From positions 1 to 32,900 of the forward strand of contig JAOACN010000408.1 of the NCBI GenBank assembly GCA_026417815.1: a DNA stretch of 32,900 bases. Reading direction: 5' to 3'. Position 1 is the first letter of the stretch, and each line of letters opens with the position of its first letter. The DNA is from Chloroflexaceae bacterium. Lineage in GTDB: Bacteria > Chloroflexota > Chloroflexia > Chloroflexales > Chloroflexaceae. Shown in pieces: positions 15,989 to 23,958 of the stretch. A program made the position numbers and the translations under genes. The notes beneath the pieces are model-generated. The model was not told the origin of the DNA. It made no database searches and worked only from the letters and a program-made list of their open reading frames with translations.

Positions 15989-17890
15989 ATGGCCGGGACG
16001 GTTGAACAGGGCGCCGGGCGGCTGGCGCGCCTGCGCGCGAGCTTCGGGCTGCTCGGCGCGCCACTGCTGGGCCTGAAACTGTACCAGTGGCTGTGGCTGC
16101 TGCTGGCGGTCACGGGCGCCCTCGCCGTTGCCGCGCCGCGGGTCCTCTCGCAGCCGGTGACCTACGTCGCCCGCGCCGAGACACGCTTTGACCTGCGGCG
16201 CTACGGCCCGATCTACGAGCCGGTGGCCCCGGGCGTCAGCGGCCTCGACATCGCCATCAACGACGCCACCGAGTCCCTGCGCCAGGACCGGCTGGCGCGG
16301 GCCGATGTGCGCTTCGGTCGCCCGGACTTCCGCGTGGTCTTCGCGCCGCGCGAGCCAGGAGTGGTGGAGGTGCGCGGGATCGGCCCCACCGCCGCCGAGG
16401 CCCAGGACCTCGCCAACGCCGGGGCCGAGGCCCTGGCGCGGCACGTGCGCGCCGCTGGCGGGCGCGAGATCCTGCGCAACATGCTCGGCTGGGAACTCTG
16501 GCTGGCCCTGGAACCCGAGGGCCGCCCCGCGCCCACACCCTTCGATACGCTCCTGCGCGACATTCTGCGCGTAAACGCCTTTCCCATGTCGCGCGACCTG
16601 GAGCCGGTCTCCACCCCCCGACTGATCGCCGACCTGCCCCGCGAGGAGCTTAGCGACCTGGCCCGCGCCCTCGAGGCGCGCTACGACCTCTGGCGCTTCG
16701 CCATCAATACCCGCAATGCCACTCTCGACGCCCTGTGCGGCACGACCGGGGCAGAGGGAACCGCCGCGCGCGAACGGGCCCTCGAAACCTGCGCCCGCGC
16801 CAATGCCGTTGTCCATGCGGAGCTGATCGAGCGGAACCGCGAAATCACCCGTCTGCGGGCCATTCAGGCGACCCTGGATTACGTCCTCGTCACCTACGCG
16901 GCGCGCTTCGACCCCGACCAGCCTTCGGCGGCCCACCGTGTCGCCGCTGCCCTGCCCACGGCGCCCGAGCCGCGCTACGTGCCCCAGCTCCTGGCCCTGG
17001 CGGCCCTCGTTGGCGTTGCCATCGGCGTGGCCGGCGTGGCCATGGACCGCAGCGCCGGCATTGCCACTCGCGTCAGCGAGATCCTGGGCTACCGCGAACT
17101 GATCCGCAACCTCGTGCTGCGCGACCTGCGCGCCCGTTATAAGGGCAGCGCCCTCGGCTACCTCTGGACGCAACTGGCGCCCCTGGGCATGATGCTGGTC
17201 TACGTGCTGGTCTTCAGCCTGCTGTTGCCCGGCAGCATCGCCATGTTCCCGATCTTCCTCATCGTCGCCCTGTTGCCGTGGAACTTCACCGCCGAGGCGG
17301 TAACAGGCGGCGCTCGCAGCGTGATTGACAACGCCGCCCTGATCAAGAAGGTCTACTTTCCCCGCGAGGTGCTGCCCCTGACGGCAGTGTTCTCGAGCAT
17401 GGTCAACTACCTGCTCTCGCTGCCGATGATGCTGCTGCTCATGATCGCGGTGCAACTCCTGACCATTGGCCGGCTCAACTTCGCCTGGACCTTCGCCTAC
17501 CTGCCGGTGTTGCTGGTCATCCAGGTGATCATGCTCTCCGGCATGGCCCTCTTTCTGGGCGCGGTGGCGGTCTTCTTTCGCGACGTGGTGCACCTGGTGG
17601 GCATTCTGGTGAGCATCTGGTTCTTTCTGACGCCGGTGATCTACCCGCTGGGTGTTTTCGGCGATGGCCTGGCCGCCCGGCTGGTGCGCTGGCTGAACCC
17701 CATGGCCTCGCTGACCGAGTTCTACCGCGAAATCCTCTACGGCAACCCGGTTCCCGTGGGCCAGATCCCCACGCCGGGCCTGCCGGCCCTCGATAGCGTG
17801 CTGCGCGTGAGCATCACCGCGGGCCTGTTCCTGGTGATCGGCATGTGGGTCTTCCAGCGCGCGGCGCATCACTTCGGAGAGGCGCTGTGA
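15989..17890 (+). CDS. wzm: fusion: Wzz/PCP-like (polysaccharide co-polymerase) N-terminal domain plus ABC-2 type polysaccharide-export permease (Wzm/TagG-type)
   Basis: The C-terminal ~270 aa are a typical ABC2_membrane permease ([27 protein letters not shown]..., [22 protein letters not shown]). The N-terminal ~360 aa have PCP topology. TM1 ([20 protein letters not shown]) is followed by PVTYVARAE and [26 protein letters not shown] helical region and a Pro-rich stretch ([11 protein letters not shown]) then lead straight into TM2. GAGG lies 6 nt before ATG 15989, and GTG 15977 is an alternative start. Confidence 0.8.
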   Translation: MAGTVEQGAGRLARLRASFGLLGAPLLGLKLYQWLWLLLAVTGALAVAAPRVLSQPVTYVARAETRFDLRRYGPIYEPVAPGVSGLDIAINDATESLRQDRLARADVRFGRPDFRVVFAPREPGVVEVRGIGPTAAEAQDLANAGAEALARHVRAAGGREILRNMLGWELWLALEPEGRPAPTPFDTLLRDILRVNAFPMSRDLEPVSTPRLIADLPREELSDLARALEARYDLWRFAINTRNATLDALCGTTGAEGTAARERALETCARANAVVHAELIERNREITRLRAIQATLDYVLVTYAARFDPDQPSAAHRVAAALPTAPEPRYVPQLLALAALVGVAIGVAGVAMDRSAGIATRVSEILGYRELIRNLVLRDLRARYKGSALGYLWTQLAPLGMMLVYVLVFSLLLPGSIAMFPIFLIVALLPWNFTAEAVTGGARSVIDNAALIKKVYFPREVLPLTAVFSSMVNYLLSLPMMLLLMIAVQLLTIGRLNFAWTFAYLPVLLVIQVIMLSGMALFLGAVAVFFRDVVHLVGILVSIWFFLTPVIYPLGVFGDGLAARLVRWLNPMASLTEFYREILYGNPVPVGQIPTPGLPALDSVLRVSITAGLFLVIGMWVFQRAAHHFGEAL

Positions 17891-19119
17891 GTCCGGTGAT
17901 CGAGTTCGAGCAGGTCAGCAAGTACTTCGTTCGCCACCGCGTCGAGCGCCGGACGGTGCAGGAGTGGGCCATCGGCCTGTTTCAGCGGCGCCCGCCGGGC
18001 GACGATGCCTTCTGGGCCCTGCGCGATGTCAGCTTCTGCGTCGAGCAGGGACAGAGTTTTGGCCTGGTGGGCCACAATGGCGCCGGCAAGAGCACGGCCC
18101 TGAAGCTGATTATGCGCATTCTCGAACCGAATAGCGGGACGGTACGGACGCGGGGCCGGATCGCCGCCCTGCTCGAACTGGGAAGCGGCTTCCATCCCGA
18201 GTTGAACGGCCTGGAAAACGTGTTCCTGTACGGCTCGCTCATGGGCCTCAGCCGCCGCGAGATGGAACGCCGCCTGCCCGCGATCGTCGAGTTTGCCGAC
18301 ATCGGCGACTTTCTGGAGACCCCGATCAAGCACTACTCGTCGGGTATGTACACCCGCCTGGCCTTCTCCGTGGCCACCGCGGTAGACCCCGATGTGCTGA
18401 TCACCGACGAGGTGCTGGCGGTGGGCGACGAGGCCTTTCAGCGCAAGTGCCTGGAGCGCATCTACCACTTCCGCCGGGCCGGGAAGACGATCATCTTCGT
18501 CTCCCACGCTCTGGAAGTGGTGCGCTCCCTGTGCGATACGGCCCTCTGGCTCGACCACGGCGAGGCCCGCGCCTGCGGTCCGGCCGGGAAGGTAATTGAC
18601 GCCTACCTGGCCGATGTGAACCGCAAGGAGCAGGAACGCCTCGCGGCGGACCATCCCGATCTGAGCCTGCCCGCGACCGAGGAGGCGGTCTTCCGCCGCG
18701 GCAGCCGCGAGGTGGAGATTGTTCGCGTCCAGCTCCTCGATGCCGCAGGGGAGGAGCGCAGCGTTTTTCACACTGGTGAGGCGCTGACCATTCGGATGCA
18801 CTACCAGGCCCATGAACGGATCAGCGACCCCGTGTTCGGCGTGGGCATCTTTCATGAAAATGGCACCTGGCTCAGCGGCCCCAACACCGGCTTCGACGAG
18901 GTGCCCATCCCCGCCATCGAGGGATACGGGCAGATTGACTACCACCTGCCGTCGTTACCGCTCAACACGGGGCGCTTTCAGATCAGCGTCGCCGTGGTTG
19001 ACCGGACCCAGACCCATGTGTATGACGTTCACGATCGCCTTTACCCGTTCGTGGTGCATGGATCGGGCCGTGATCGCTACGGGATGGTCGCCATTCCGGG
19101 GGAATGGCGCGTGCGCTAA
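17887..19119 (+). CDS. wzt: polysaccharide-export ABC transporter ATP-binding protein (Wzt/TagH-type) with a C-terminal Wzt_C-like glycan-binding domain
   Basis: Walker [10 protein letters not shown], signature YSSGM and Walker [12 protein letters not shown]. The C-terminal ~140 aa (from about 18691: [12 protein letters not shown]...[10 protein letters not shown]...FGVGIF...) match the beta-sandwich extension of O-antigen Wzt proteins. The GTG start overlaps the permease TGA (GTGA at 17887-17890), suggesting translational coupling. Confidence 0.9.
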   Translation: MSPVIEFEQVSKYFVRHRVERRTVQEWAIGLFQRRPPGDDAFWALRDVSFCVEQGQSFGLVGHNGAGKSTALKLIMRILEPNSGTVRTRGRIAALLELGSGFHPELNGLENVFLYGSLMGLSRREMERRLPAIVEFADIGDFLETPIKHYSSGMYTRLAFSVATAVDPDVLITDEVLAVGDEAFQRKCLERIYHFRRAGKTIIFVSHALEVVRSLCDTALWLDHGEARACGPAGKVIDAYLADVNRKEQERLAADHPDLSLPATEEAVFRRGSREVEIVRVQLLDAAGEERSVFHTGEALTIRMHYQAHERISDPVFGVGIFHENGTWLSGPNTGFDEVPIPAIEGYGQIDYHLPSLPLNTGRFQISVAVVDRTQTHVYDVHDRLYPFVVHGSGRDRYGMVAIPGEWRVR

Positions 19120-19171
19120 GCTGGTTTCGCCGCGTGGCCCTTCGCGTAGCCTTCGGAGGAGGCGCAGTTAC

Positions 19172-19343
19172 CTCTATTTTGTCACTTGCCGCAGGTTCCG
19201 CTGCGAAGAGGTCTGGAAGGGCTACACCCCTCCGAGCTTTCCTGTTCCTGGCGCGGCGGGGAGAATCCGCGCCGCGCCAGGAAGGGAAGATCTTCGGGGG
19301 TCTGCGGCCCTCGCAACCCCCGCCAGGGGCAACGTGACAAAGT
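19172..19343 (+). repeat. ~170-nt structured repeat, copy 2 (MITE-like or ncRNA-like)
   Basis: Same orientation as copy 1 (13283-13453). Terminal inverted repeat TTTGTCACTTGCC ... GGCAACGTGACAAA. Central 12-bp hairpin CCTGGCGCGGCG...CGCCGCGCCAGG. Internal palindrome GAAGATCTTC. Confidence 0.75.
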
Positions 19344-19422
19344 AGGGTCAGGCAAACGACCATCCAGCGAGACCAGGTCCACGTGCAATGGCCGGAGGCG
19401 CCGGGTTATCAGGACAACAGCT

Positions 19423-20385
19423 ATGGCAGAACAGAATCCCCAGGACCTCTACAACGCCTTTTACTACCGAACCGGTTGTGGACCGCCCTACCAGCGTGAT
19501 GAACACTGGATGGCCTTCTTTGGACGGATCGCCGAGACGATCGTCGAGCGCATCAGTCCACGCAGTGTCCTCGATGCCGGTTGCGCCTTCGGCTTGCTGG
19601 TGGAGCAACTGCGGCTCCTGGGGGTTGAGGCTGAGGGTGTGGATATATCCGAATTCGCGATTGCCAGCGCTCCGGAGACGGTCCGGCCACATGTACGGGC
19701 AGCTTCGATAACCGAACCCTTCGGACGCCGGTACGACTTAATCGTCTGCATTGAGGTGCTGGAGCACATGCCCCAACGGGACGCCGAGGCTGCCATCGCC
19801 AATCTGACCGCGCACAGCGACGACATCCTGTTCGCCTCCTCGCCGCTCGATTTCAAGGAAGCGACCCATGTCAACGTCCATCCGATTGAACACTGGGTCG
19901 AACTGTTCGCCACGCATGGGTTCGTGCGCGATGTTGACTTTGATGCCAGCTTCGTTACCCCCTGGGCCATGCGCCTGCGCCGCCGCGCCGATCCGCTGCC
20001 CCGCATCGTGCGCGATTACGAGCGGCGGTTCTGGGAAGTATGGAAGGCTTCGACCGACCTGCGCGAACTGGTATTGAACCAGCGCAAACAGATCGAAGCC
20101 GCGCACGAAAACTGGCAGAACTGCACCCGCTCGCTGGAAGCGTGCAACCGGTCGTTGAGCGAGACGCAACGCGAATACGCCCAGAGCGTCGCAAAGGGAC
20201 GGCAAGACGTTGAGGATCTCAAGGCCTACATAGCGCGCCTTGAAGCTGATCTGGCGCAGAAAATCGCGCACATCAACGAACTGAAGACCATCATTGCGCG
20301 CCTGGAGTCTGGACGCGTGATGCGAATCCTCCGCGCCCTGGAGGCCCGGCGCGCGCGCTTTTTTCGCTCCGGCACGAGGGACTGA
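19423..20385 (+). CDS. class I SAM-dependent methyltransferase with a C-terminal coiled-coil tail
   Basis: 320 aa from ATG 19423. SAM motif I is VLDAGCAFG, followed by YDLIVCIEVLEHM. The C-terminal ~110 aa are heptad-rich (RELVLNQRKQIEAAHENWQ...LKAYIARLEADLAQKIAHINELKTIIARLESGRVMRILR). The N-terminal extension of the track ORF crosses repeat copy 2 and was discarded. Confidence 0.85.
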   Translation: MAEQNPQDLYNAFYYRTGCGPPYQRDEHWMAFFGRIAETIVERISPRSVLDAGCAFGLLVEQLRLLGVEAEGVDISEFAIASAPETVRPHVRAASITEPFGRRYDLIVCIEVLEHMPQRDAEAAIANLTAHSDDILFASSPLDFKEATHVNVHPIEHWVELFATHGFVRDVDFDASFVTPWAMRLRRRADPLPRIVRDYERRFWEVWKASTDLRELVLNQRKQIEAAHENWQNCTRSLEACNRSLSETQREYAQSVAKGRQDVEDLKAYIARLEADLAQKIAHINELKTIIARLESGRVMRILRALEARRARFFRSGTRD

Positions 20386-20443
20386 CGCCGGACAGCGCCC
20401 TGCCCCCGGGGATGGCGCAAACTCTACTACCGAGAACCTGCTA

Positions 20444-22981
20444 ATGACCTCAGCAACTGTCTCCGTCGTGGTTGTCAACCTCAATGGTCGTCACCATCTG
20501 GAAAGCTGTTTCCGGTCCCTGCTTGAGCAGGATTATCCGGCGCACCTGGTCGAACTGATCCTGGTTGACAACGGCTCTACCGATGGTTCGGATCAGTTGA
20601 TGGCGGAACGTTTTCCGTCGGTCAGACTGGTCAGGAACGAACGGAACACAGGCTTCGCGCCAGCGGTGAACCAGGGCGCGCGCGTCGCCAGCGGGCAGTA
20701 TCTGGCGCTGATCAATAATGACATGCGCCTGGAACGTGGCTGGATCAGCGCCATGGTCGCCACACTGGAGGCGCATCGTGAGCGCGGCGTGGTCTGTGTC
20801 GGATCGCGGATCCTGGACTGGGAAGGAAAGCATATTGACTTTATCAGCAGTGGCGCAGGGTTTACCGGTTTTGGCTATCAGATGTACCACAACCTGCCGG
20901 TCGAGGCGATCGATCTCGGTGAACACGAGGCGCTTTTCGCCTGCGGCGGCGCCATGCTGGTCGATCGCGCCATCTTTCTCGAAACCGGAGGTTTTGATGA
21001 AGACTTCTTTGCCTACTATGAAGACGTAGATTTTGGCTGGCGCCTGTGGTTGATGGGCTATCGCGTCCTGATCACCCCGGCGGCGCTCGTGTATCATCGG
21101 CATCATGGCACCTCGAGTCGTATGCGGAAGGCGCAGCTATACAAGCTGTTTGAACGCAATGCCATGATGATGATCATAAAGAACTACGAGGAGGCTCACC
21201 TCTATCGTGTCCTCAGCGCGGCGTTCTTGTTACTGTTTCAGCGCATCGTCGGCCATGCAAAGGACGATGTGCCCTGGGAGGGGTTCGATTTTGGCGCCGA
21301 TGGGCCACGGCGGACGCTCAGCGAGGAGGTGAGCGTCCCCGCGCACGCCTTCAGCCCGATTGCCGCGATGAAGGATCTCTATGAGCACTTTCCCCGCCTC
21401 TGGGCGAAACGCCAGCATATTCAGGCTCGCCGGGCGCGGGCCGATGAAGAGATTTTTTCCCTCTTTCGCAACCCGTTTTCGGGTATCCACCATCCTGAAG
21501 CATCTCCATTGCTTACTCGTGTGCTCCTCGACAACCTGGGAGTCAGTTCGATGCTGTCACAGCACCGGAAACGTCGGGTACTGGTAGTGAGCGGCGACCC
21601 GATTACGGAGAACCTGGCCGGGGTTGGGATCCGCGCCGTGGAACTGGCGCGCGGATTGGGCCAGGTCTGCGAGGTGACCCTGGCCGCCCCGGAGAAGGTC
21701 GCGCTGGAACTGCCCGGCGTGCAGAGTGTAGCCTTTGAGCGTGACAATCAACAGTTGATGGCCAATCTGGTCGAGTACGCCGAGACGATCATTGTGCAAG
21801 GCTATACCTTGTACCGGTATCCAGTTATTGGCGCCGCAGACAAATACGTGGTGGTGGATCTGTACGATCCATACTACCTTGAGGGACTGGCGCTCTTTTC
21901 CCGCAAAGGACCGGAGCGCCATCGCGACGATCTCCGCGCCACGCTTGATACCATCGCCGACCAGTTGCACCGCGGCGACTTCTTTATCTGCGCCAGCGAA
22001 CGGCAGCGGGATCTCTGGCTCGGCGCGCTCCTGGCGCTCGGACGTCTCGACCTGACGAATTACGTTCAGGATCCCGCCTTCCGCTCATTGATTGATGTGG
22101 TACCATTTGGGTGCCCCGAGACGCCCCCGGTGCACACCCGCCGTGTGCTGAAGGGAGTCGTCCCCGGGATCACCGAAGGCGATACCGTAGCCCTGTGGGG
22201 AGGTGGCATCTGGGACTGGCTCGACCCGCTGACGGTTATCCGGGCGATGGCGCTGGTGCGCGAACAGCGACCTGATCTGAAACTGTTCTTTCTGGGCAAT
22301 ACGCATCCGAACACTGCGGATGTACCGGAAATGCAGATGTACGGCCAGGCCCTCGCCCTGGCCAGGGAGCTCGATCTTCTGGGACGAACCGTATTCTTTA
22401 ATGACCGCTGGGTGCCCTACGCCGAACGCGCCAATTATCTCCTGGAAGCGGATGTCGGCGTCAGCGCCCATCTCGATCACCTCGAAACCCGCTTCGCCTT
22501 TCGCACCCGCATGCTTGACTACATCTGGGCCGGCCTGCCGATGGTGGTAACGGCGGGCGACACCCTCGCCGACACCGTGATGCATCAAGGACTGGGTCAG
22601 GTCGTACCCATCGGCAACCCTGATTGCTTCGCCCGCGCATTGCTGGAGCTTACGAGTCAGCCCCAGGCTCGCCAGCGTTACGCCCCCGCCTTCGCGTCGG
22701 CGCGGGCCACCTTCTCGTGGCAGCGGGCGCTCGAACCCCTGGTCGCCTTCTGCGCCAATCCGCGCTACGCTGCGGATCGCGTGACTGCGACGCTGGCAGA
22801 AACGCCGCCTCCTTCCGCGTCACGGGTCGATCGCGAGGCCGAACTCGAAGCAATGATCGCGGAAAAGAACGCCCACATCGCCCGGCTGGAGGACCTGATA
22901 CGACGCCTGGAGTCGGGGCGGATCATGCGTTTGCTCGGACTGGTCGAGCGATTGCGCCGCCGACGCCGCCCGGCCCTGTGA
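20444..22981 (+). CDS. bifunctional glycosyltransferase: N-terminal GT2 (GT-A) domain plus GT4/GT1-like (GT-B) domain plus C-terminal coiled-coil tail
   Basis: GT2 domain: VSVVVVNLNG...LILVDNGSTDGS...NTGFAPAVNQG...LINNDMRLE...YEDVDFGWR. GT-B domain: RVLVVSGD...GVGIRAVELA..., LFFLGNTHP..., ETRFAFRTRMLDYIWAGLPMV. Tail: AELEAMIAEKNAHIARLEDLIRRLESGRIMRLLGLVERLRRRRR. Confidence 0.88.
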   Translation: MTSATVSVVVVNLNGRHHLESCFRSLLEQDYPAHLVELILVDNGSTDGSDQLMAERFPSVRLVRNERNTGFAPAVNQGARVASGQYLALINNDMRLERGWISAMVATLEAHRERGVVCVGSRILDWEGKHIDFISSGAGFTGFGYQMYHNLPVEAIDLGEHEALFACGGAMLVDRAIFLETGGFDEDFFAYYEDVDFGWRLWLMGYRVLITPAALVYHRHHGTSSRMRKAQLYKLFERNAMMMIIKNYEEAHLYRVLSAAFLLLFQRIVGHAKDDVPWEGFDFGADGPRRTLSEEVSVPAHAFSPIAAMKDLYEHFPRLWAKRQHIQARRARADEEIFSLFRNPFSGIHHPEASPLLTRVLLDNLGVSSMLSQHRKRRVLVVSGDPITENLAGVGIRAVELARGLGQVCEVTLAAPEKVALELPGVQSVAFERDNQQLMANLVEYAETIIVQGYTLYRYPVIGAADKYVVVDLYDPYYLEGLALFSRKGPERHRDDLRATLDTIADQLHRGDFFICASERQRDLWLGALLALGRLDLTNYVQDPAFRSLIDVVPFGCPETPPVHTRRVLKGVVPGITEGDTVALWGGGIWDWLDPLTVIRAMALVREQRPDLKLFFLGNTHPNTADVPEMQMYGQALALARELDLLGRTVFFNDRWVPYAERANYLLEADVGVSAHLDHLETRFAFRTRMLDYIWAGLPMVVTAGDTLADTVMHQGLGQVVPIGNPDCFARALLELTSQPQARQRYAPAFASARATFSWQRALEPLVAFCANPRYAADRVTATLAETPPPSASRVDREAELEAMIAEKNAHIARLEDLIRRLESGRIMRLLGLVERLRRRRRPAL

Positions 22982-23028
22982 CCTGGAGGCGTACATCCGG
23001 CTGTACCTCCCGTTGCGTAAAGGATGCT

Positions 23029-23940
23029 ATGACGCGCTTTGATGTCGTGAAACAGCGTGTGCGCTCGGCAATTCGGGCCCTCGCTGGCGTCGAGGAGGTT
23101 GCTCTGCCCGTAACGGCCCCGCCGCCCGGTCCCCCGGCAGCGGTCTATCAACCGTCCGGGCATATCCTGGATTACTATGTGACGGAGGCGCCGAGTCCCC
23201 AGACCGCCCTCGATCTCTTCAAGGGCGAATGGACCTCTCGGCTCCCTGCTCCACTCGACCAGGCCCGGGCGGGCTCGATCGGCCTCTTCGACGATCCACG
23301 CATCACATGGGCCGTTGAGCAACTCGGCGGTGTTCAACACTGCTCGGTGCTCGAACTCGGGCCGCTTGAAGGGGGCCACTCGTATATGCTCGAACGCGCT
23401 GGCGCGGCGGAAGTGGTGGCAATTGAAGCCAACGCGCGCGCCTTTCTGAAATGTCTGATCGTCAAAGAGTTGCTTGGACTCCAGCGCGTCCATTTCCTCT
23501 GTGGTGATTTTGTGGCATACCTGCGCTCCGCGCCGCGTCGTTTTGACATTATCGTGGCCAGCGGCGTGCTCTACCATATGCGCAATCCGGCTGAACTGAT
23601 TGCCCTCATGGCCCGGGCCAGCGATCGGATCTTTGTATGGACCCACTACTACGACGCGGCGATTATCCGCTCCTCGCCCATCCTGGCGCCCAAGTTCCCC
23701 TCCAGTTTCACCGCCGAATACGCCGGTTTCACCCACACCCTCTACCGCCAGGAATACCAGTCAGCACTCGATGAGTTGAAGTTCTGCGGCGGTAGCGCCG
23801 AATACAGCGCCTGGATGAGCCGCGAGGAGTTGCTCGCCTGCGTGCGCCATTTCGGCTTCGGCGATCTCCGGATTGCCTTCGACGCCCCTGATCACCCCAA
23901 CGGCCCGAGCCTTGCCTTCGTCGCTACACGTGGGCCATGA
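23029..23940 (+). CDS. class I SAM-dependent methyltransferase (second methyltransferase of the cluster)
   Basis: 303 aa from ATG 23029. The Rossmann-type motif VLELGPLEGGHSYML..AAEVVAIE is followed by FDIIVASGVLYHMRNP. The upstream part of track ORF 22624.. overlaps the GT gene out of frame and was discarded. Confidence 0.75.
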   Translation: MTRFDVVKQRVRSAIRALAGVEEVALPVTAPPPGPPAAVYQPSGHILDYYVTEAPSPQTALDLFKGEWTSRLPAPLDQARAGSIGLFDDPRITWAVEQLGGVQHCSVLELGPLEGGHSYMLERAGAAEVVAIEANARAFLKCLIVKELLGLQRVHFLCGDFVAYLRSAPRRFDIIVASGVLYHMRNPAELIALMARASDRIFVWTHYYDAAIIRSSPILAPKFPSSFTAEYAGFTHTLYRQEYQSALDELKFCGGSAEYSAWMSREELLACVRHFGFGDLRIAFDAPDHPNGPSLAFVATRGP

Positions 23941-23958
23941 TGAAAGTCGAGGAGTACC

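Noticed and set aside
14336-17872. A 1178-aa minus-strand ORF covering the deacetylase and PCP::Wzm genes
   Set aside because: It is antisense to two genes with clear domain signatures. Its composition is G/A/R/H/Q/P-rich with no TM or catalytic motifs. This is a high-GC shadow ORF.
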